DNA of 63,964 nucleotides, counting the filler, from Sandaracinaceae bacterium (lineage in GTDB: Bacteria > Myxococcota_A > Polyangia > Polyangiales > JADJQN01): assembly GCA_947483975.1 (NCBI GenBank). It is 10 parts of 10 records of this genome, joined end to end, with 100 filler letters (N's around TTAATTAATTAA, not from the genome) between each part and the next. Parts side by side here need not be neighbours in the genome. Positions count along the whole stretch, not along the records: positions 59,981 to 63,964 come from CANKOL010000438.1; 9 more parts are not named here. The stretch is one strand, 5' to 3'. Under the pieces are notes generated by a model that saw nothing but the letters and a program-made list of their open reading frames with translations, was not told the DNA's origin and ran no database searches. The translations under genes and the position numbers were made by a program. Shown here piece after piece: positions 61,408 to 63,964 of the stretch; positions within the stretch are counted from its first letter, which is position 1; every line of letters starts with the position of its first letter.

Positions 61408-63450
61408 TCAATGCGCCGGGGCGGGCGGCGCGTCCGGCGGGACGAGATCGCGACCCGCAGGGCACGCGACCTCGACGCCCGTCGGACCCTGATCGGTGCG
61501 AAGGATCTTGAACTCGACGCGGCGGTTGGCCTCCCACGCCGTGTCGTTGTGCCGCGGATCCATCGGGCAGCGCTCGCCGTAGCCCGCCGAGCGAAGGCGC
61601 TCGCGCGTGACGCCGCGCTGCACGATCGCCTCGAGCACCGAGGCTGCGCGGTCGCGCGTCAGGCGGATGTTGTACTCGTCCGACGAGCGCTCGTCCGCGT
61701 GACCCTGGATCTCGAGCAGCTGCATCTGCGGGTTGCCGTTGAGCGTGGCAGCGACCGCGTCGATGATCGGGAAGGAGCGCTGCTGGATCACGGCGCTGTC
61801 GGTCTCGAAGTAGATCTTCTCGAGGATGACGATCTGGTTCTCTTCGATGATGACCGTGCCGCGATCGGGGCAGCCGTCGTCGTCTTGGAAGCCGTTGTAC
61901 GTCTCAGGGTCGTTCGGGCAGGTGTCCTGCGGGTCGAGGATGCGGTCCTGGTCGTTGTCGGGATCGGGGCAGCCGTCCTGGTCCTGGAACTCGTCGGCGT
62001 CCTCGGGGTCGTTCATGCAGAGGTCGTCGCCGTCGAGGATCCGGTCGTTGTCGTTGTCCGGGTCCGGGCAGCCGTCCTCGTCCTGGAAGTTGTCGCGATC
62101 TTCCGGATCGTCCGGGCACTGGTCGACGTTGTCGAGAATGCCGTCGCCGTCGCGGTCGCCTTCGTTGCCCTCGGGGCAGCCGTCGGTGTCCGCGTCGCCG
62201 TCGCGGTCCTCGGGAACGAGGGGACACTCGTCTTCCTCGTCGAGGATGCCGTCGCGGTCGTTGTCGGGATCCGGGCAGCCCTCCTCGTCGGAGAAGTTGT
62301 CGAAGTCCTCAGGCTCGTCCGGGCACTGATCGACGTCGTCGCGCATGCCGTCGCCGTCGCGGTCGCCGATCGACGGCTCGAAGATGAAGCCCATCATCGC
62401 GCGGATGTCCGCCGAGTCCCAGCCGCCGAGGAAGCCGGCGCCGCCCGCGAGCATCAGGTAGCTGTTGCGCTCGACGAAGATCTTGAGGCCGCCGATGGCC
62501 TCGAGGCTGAGCGCGCCGCCGGTGCCGATGCCGCTGAGCACCTGGTTGCCGTAGACCTCGGCGACGAGGTCGAGGGGCTGAGCGATGCGGAAGCTGGCGC
62601 CCGCGCTGAAGGTGAGGAGCTGCCCGTACTGGAAGTCCGAGCCCGCGCTGAGGTAGTTGGGGTCCGGGTTGATCGCGTTCAGGCCGAGCGGGCGCGTGCG
62701 GCCGCCGATCGGGATGGTCGCGCCGTCGTCACCGAAGTGCAGGCGCGCGCCGAGGTTGAACGCGAAGCGCAGCGGGCGAGCGGGGCGCCACTCCATCGCG
62801 GCCTGCGGCCAGATGGTGAAGCCGGGCTCGCTGGCGAAGTTCTGCGAGTCGCCCGTGGGCAGCTCGATGTTGAGCATCGCCGCGACGCCGACCGCGTCGC
62901 GCTCGGCGCGCAGCAGGCGGAACTTCGTGTGGATCGTGATGTTCCCGATGCCCTGGACGTCGAGGCCGTTGGTCAGCCCGGCGCCAGGCGAGGGCACGTT
63001 GTACGCGCCCGGGACGGTGATGTTCTCGCCGCTGAGCACGATGATCGGGATCTGCACGCCGACGATCAGCAGGTTCGCGATGCCGTAGTTGAAGTGCAGC
63101 GTGCCCGTGAACGACGTGTCGATCAGGTGCGCTTGCCGCGAGTCGGCGCAGTTCGAGCCCGAGAACGAGTCCGTCCCGGGCGCGTAGGTGCAGCCGCTGT
63201 TGTTGATGAAGCCCTCGAACGGCACGAGCCCGAAGCCCGCGTCGATGACGAGGCCGAAGCTGATGTCGTTGGCGCCGAGGATGTCGGTGCCGTTGACCGA
63301 GAACAGCCCCTTCGAGTCCAGCGCGGGCCGGAAGAGGTGCACGTCCATGCCGGTTCCGTCTCGCAGCTGCGCTTGCGCAGCCGAGACGCCGGTCATCGAC
63401 ACCAAAAGACATACGACCAGAGCCCACATGCGGGCCGTCGAGCGGGACAT
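61408..63450 (-). CDS. OmpA-family outer membrane protein with beta-barrel and thrombospondin type-3 repeats (TraB-like architecture)
   Basis: AGGAGG RBS; signal peptide; barrel region; many DxDxDGxxD..DxCP repeats; OmpA domain IYFETDS...IQGHADERSSDEYN...RA...GYGE...NRRVEF. Confidence 0.92.
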   Translation of the reverse strand: MSRSTARMWALVVCLLVSMTGVSAAQAQLRDGTGMDVHLFRPALDSKGLFSVNGTDILGANDISFGLVIDAGFGLVPFEGFINNSGCTYAPGTDSFSGSNCADSRQAHLIDTSFTGTLHFNYGIANLLIVGVQIPIIVLSGENITVPGAYNVPSPGAGLTNGLDVQGIGNITIHTKFRLLRAERDAVGVAAMLNIELPTGDSQNFASEPGFTIWPQAAMEWRPARPLRFAFNLGARLHFGDDGATIPIGGRTRPLGLNAINPDPNYLSAGSDFQYGQLLTFSAGASFRIAQPLDLVAEVYGNQVLSGIGTGGALSLEAIGGLKIFVERNSYLMLAGGAGFLGGWDSADIRAMMGFIFEPSIGDRDGDGMRDDVDQCPDEPEDFDNFSDEEGCPDPDNDRDGILDEEDECPLVPEDRDGDADTDGCPEGNEGDRDGDGILDNVDQCPDDPEDRDNFQDEDGCPDPDNDNDRILDGDDLCMNDPEDADEFQDQDGCPDPDNDQDRILDPQDTCPNDPETYNGFQDDDGCPDRGTVIIEENQIVILEKIYFETDSAVIQQRSFPIIDAVAATLNGNPQMQLLEIQGHADERSSDEYNIRLTRDRAASVLEAIVQRGVTRERLRSAGYGERCPMDPRHNDTAWEANRRVEFKILRTDQGPTGVEVACPAGRDLVPPDAPPAPAH

Positions 63451-63630
63451 CTCGCCTCCTCTTGTCGTCACTCGGCTTCCCGCGCTTGGGTCGCGGGTCG
63501 AGCCGCCATGCCAGGCCCAGCGTCGTGCTGCGCACGCCTGCGACGGTGCGAGTAACACGCACATCGGTGTACTGTCAATCGCGCGCGGCCGACGGCACCG
63601 CGCCGCCTGCCGTTGCTGGTAATGCCGCGC

Positions 63631-63964
63631 CTACTGCTGCCGAAGCAGAACCTGCTGGTACTGCCGCGCCTTCGGCGTCGTCGGGAAGCGGTCGATGTAG
63701 CGCTGCATCGCGGCGAGCTTGGCGGGGGTGTTCCCGACGTTCTGGTAGGTCGCGATCAGCAGCTCGAGCTCCGGCTGCGAGCGCGCGCCTTGGAGGAGCG
63801 CGATGACGCCGTTGTTGTTGCCAGCGAGCATCAGCTGCCGAGCGCGCTCGATGCGGTCGCCCGCGGCGGGGTCGGGACCGCCCAGCGGCGCGTGCGTTCC
63901 GCCGCCCGCGGGGGCCACCGCGACTTGCGTGGTGCCGCCCCCCGGTCGAACGCCGGTGCCCCCC
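63631..63964 (-). CDS. Partial protein C-terminus (Gly/Pro linker plus TPR-like helices)
   Basis: ...ARQLMLAGNNNGVIALL...MQRYIDRFPTTPKARQY; the frame runs off the window edge. Confidence 0.55.
   Translation of the reverse strand, partial: GGTGVRPGGGTTQVAVAPAGGGTHAPLGGPDPAAGDRIERARQLMLAGNNNGVIALLQGARSQPELELLIATYQNVGNTPAKLAAMQRYIDRFPTTPKARQYQQVLLRQQ

Noticed and set aside
61860..62370. Imperfect nucleotide repeats in the OmpA gene
   Set aside because: Explained by coding thrombospondin type-3 repeats.

Overview
This window is not contiguous chromosome. It is ten contig fragments of a very GC-rich genome, joined by 100-bp N/TTAATTAATTAA linkers. The complete fragments fall steadily in length from 6682 to 6275 bp, so adjacency across a linker is meaningless. 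Gene content indicates Myxococcota, probably Polyangia: MYXO-CTERM surface proteins, five Hanks-type Ser/Thr kinases, a TSP3-OmpA protein and Cys-rich secreted proteins. Recognisable loci are a cheW-mcp-cheR cluster, metK, a maltose-type ABC system with a binding-protein/permease fusion, tmRNA (tag ANDNALALAA), cysK, a GAF/HD-GYP protein, coaX, nosDFYL with cytochrome c, a Crp/Fnr regulator and a cytochrome b/c fusion, tdk and pssA. The most intriguing signals are five. (1) A 42-bp-period array of alternating 12-bp palindromes in a hairpin-dense leader, ahead of an unannotated alpha-helical protein (57121-58418). (2) A bacterial presenilin/signal-peptide-peptidase-like GxGD intramembrane protease coupled to a Crp/Fnr regulator (18032-19565). 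(3) A kinase with GYF-like, DUF4388-like and MshEN-like modules. (4) A collapsed GH9 pseudogene. (5) A kinase interrupted by an in-frame TAG. All family calls come from motif recognition; no searches were run.
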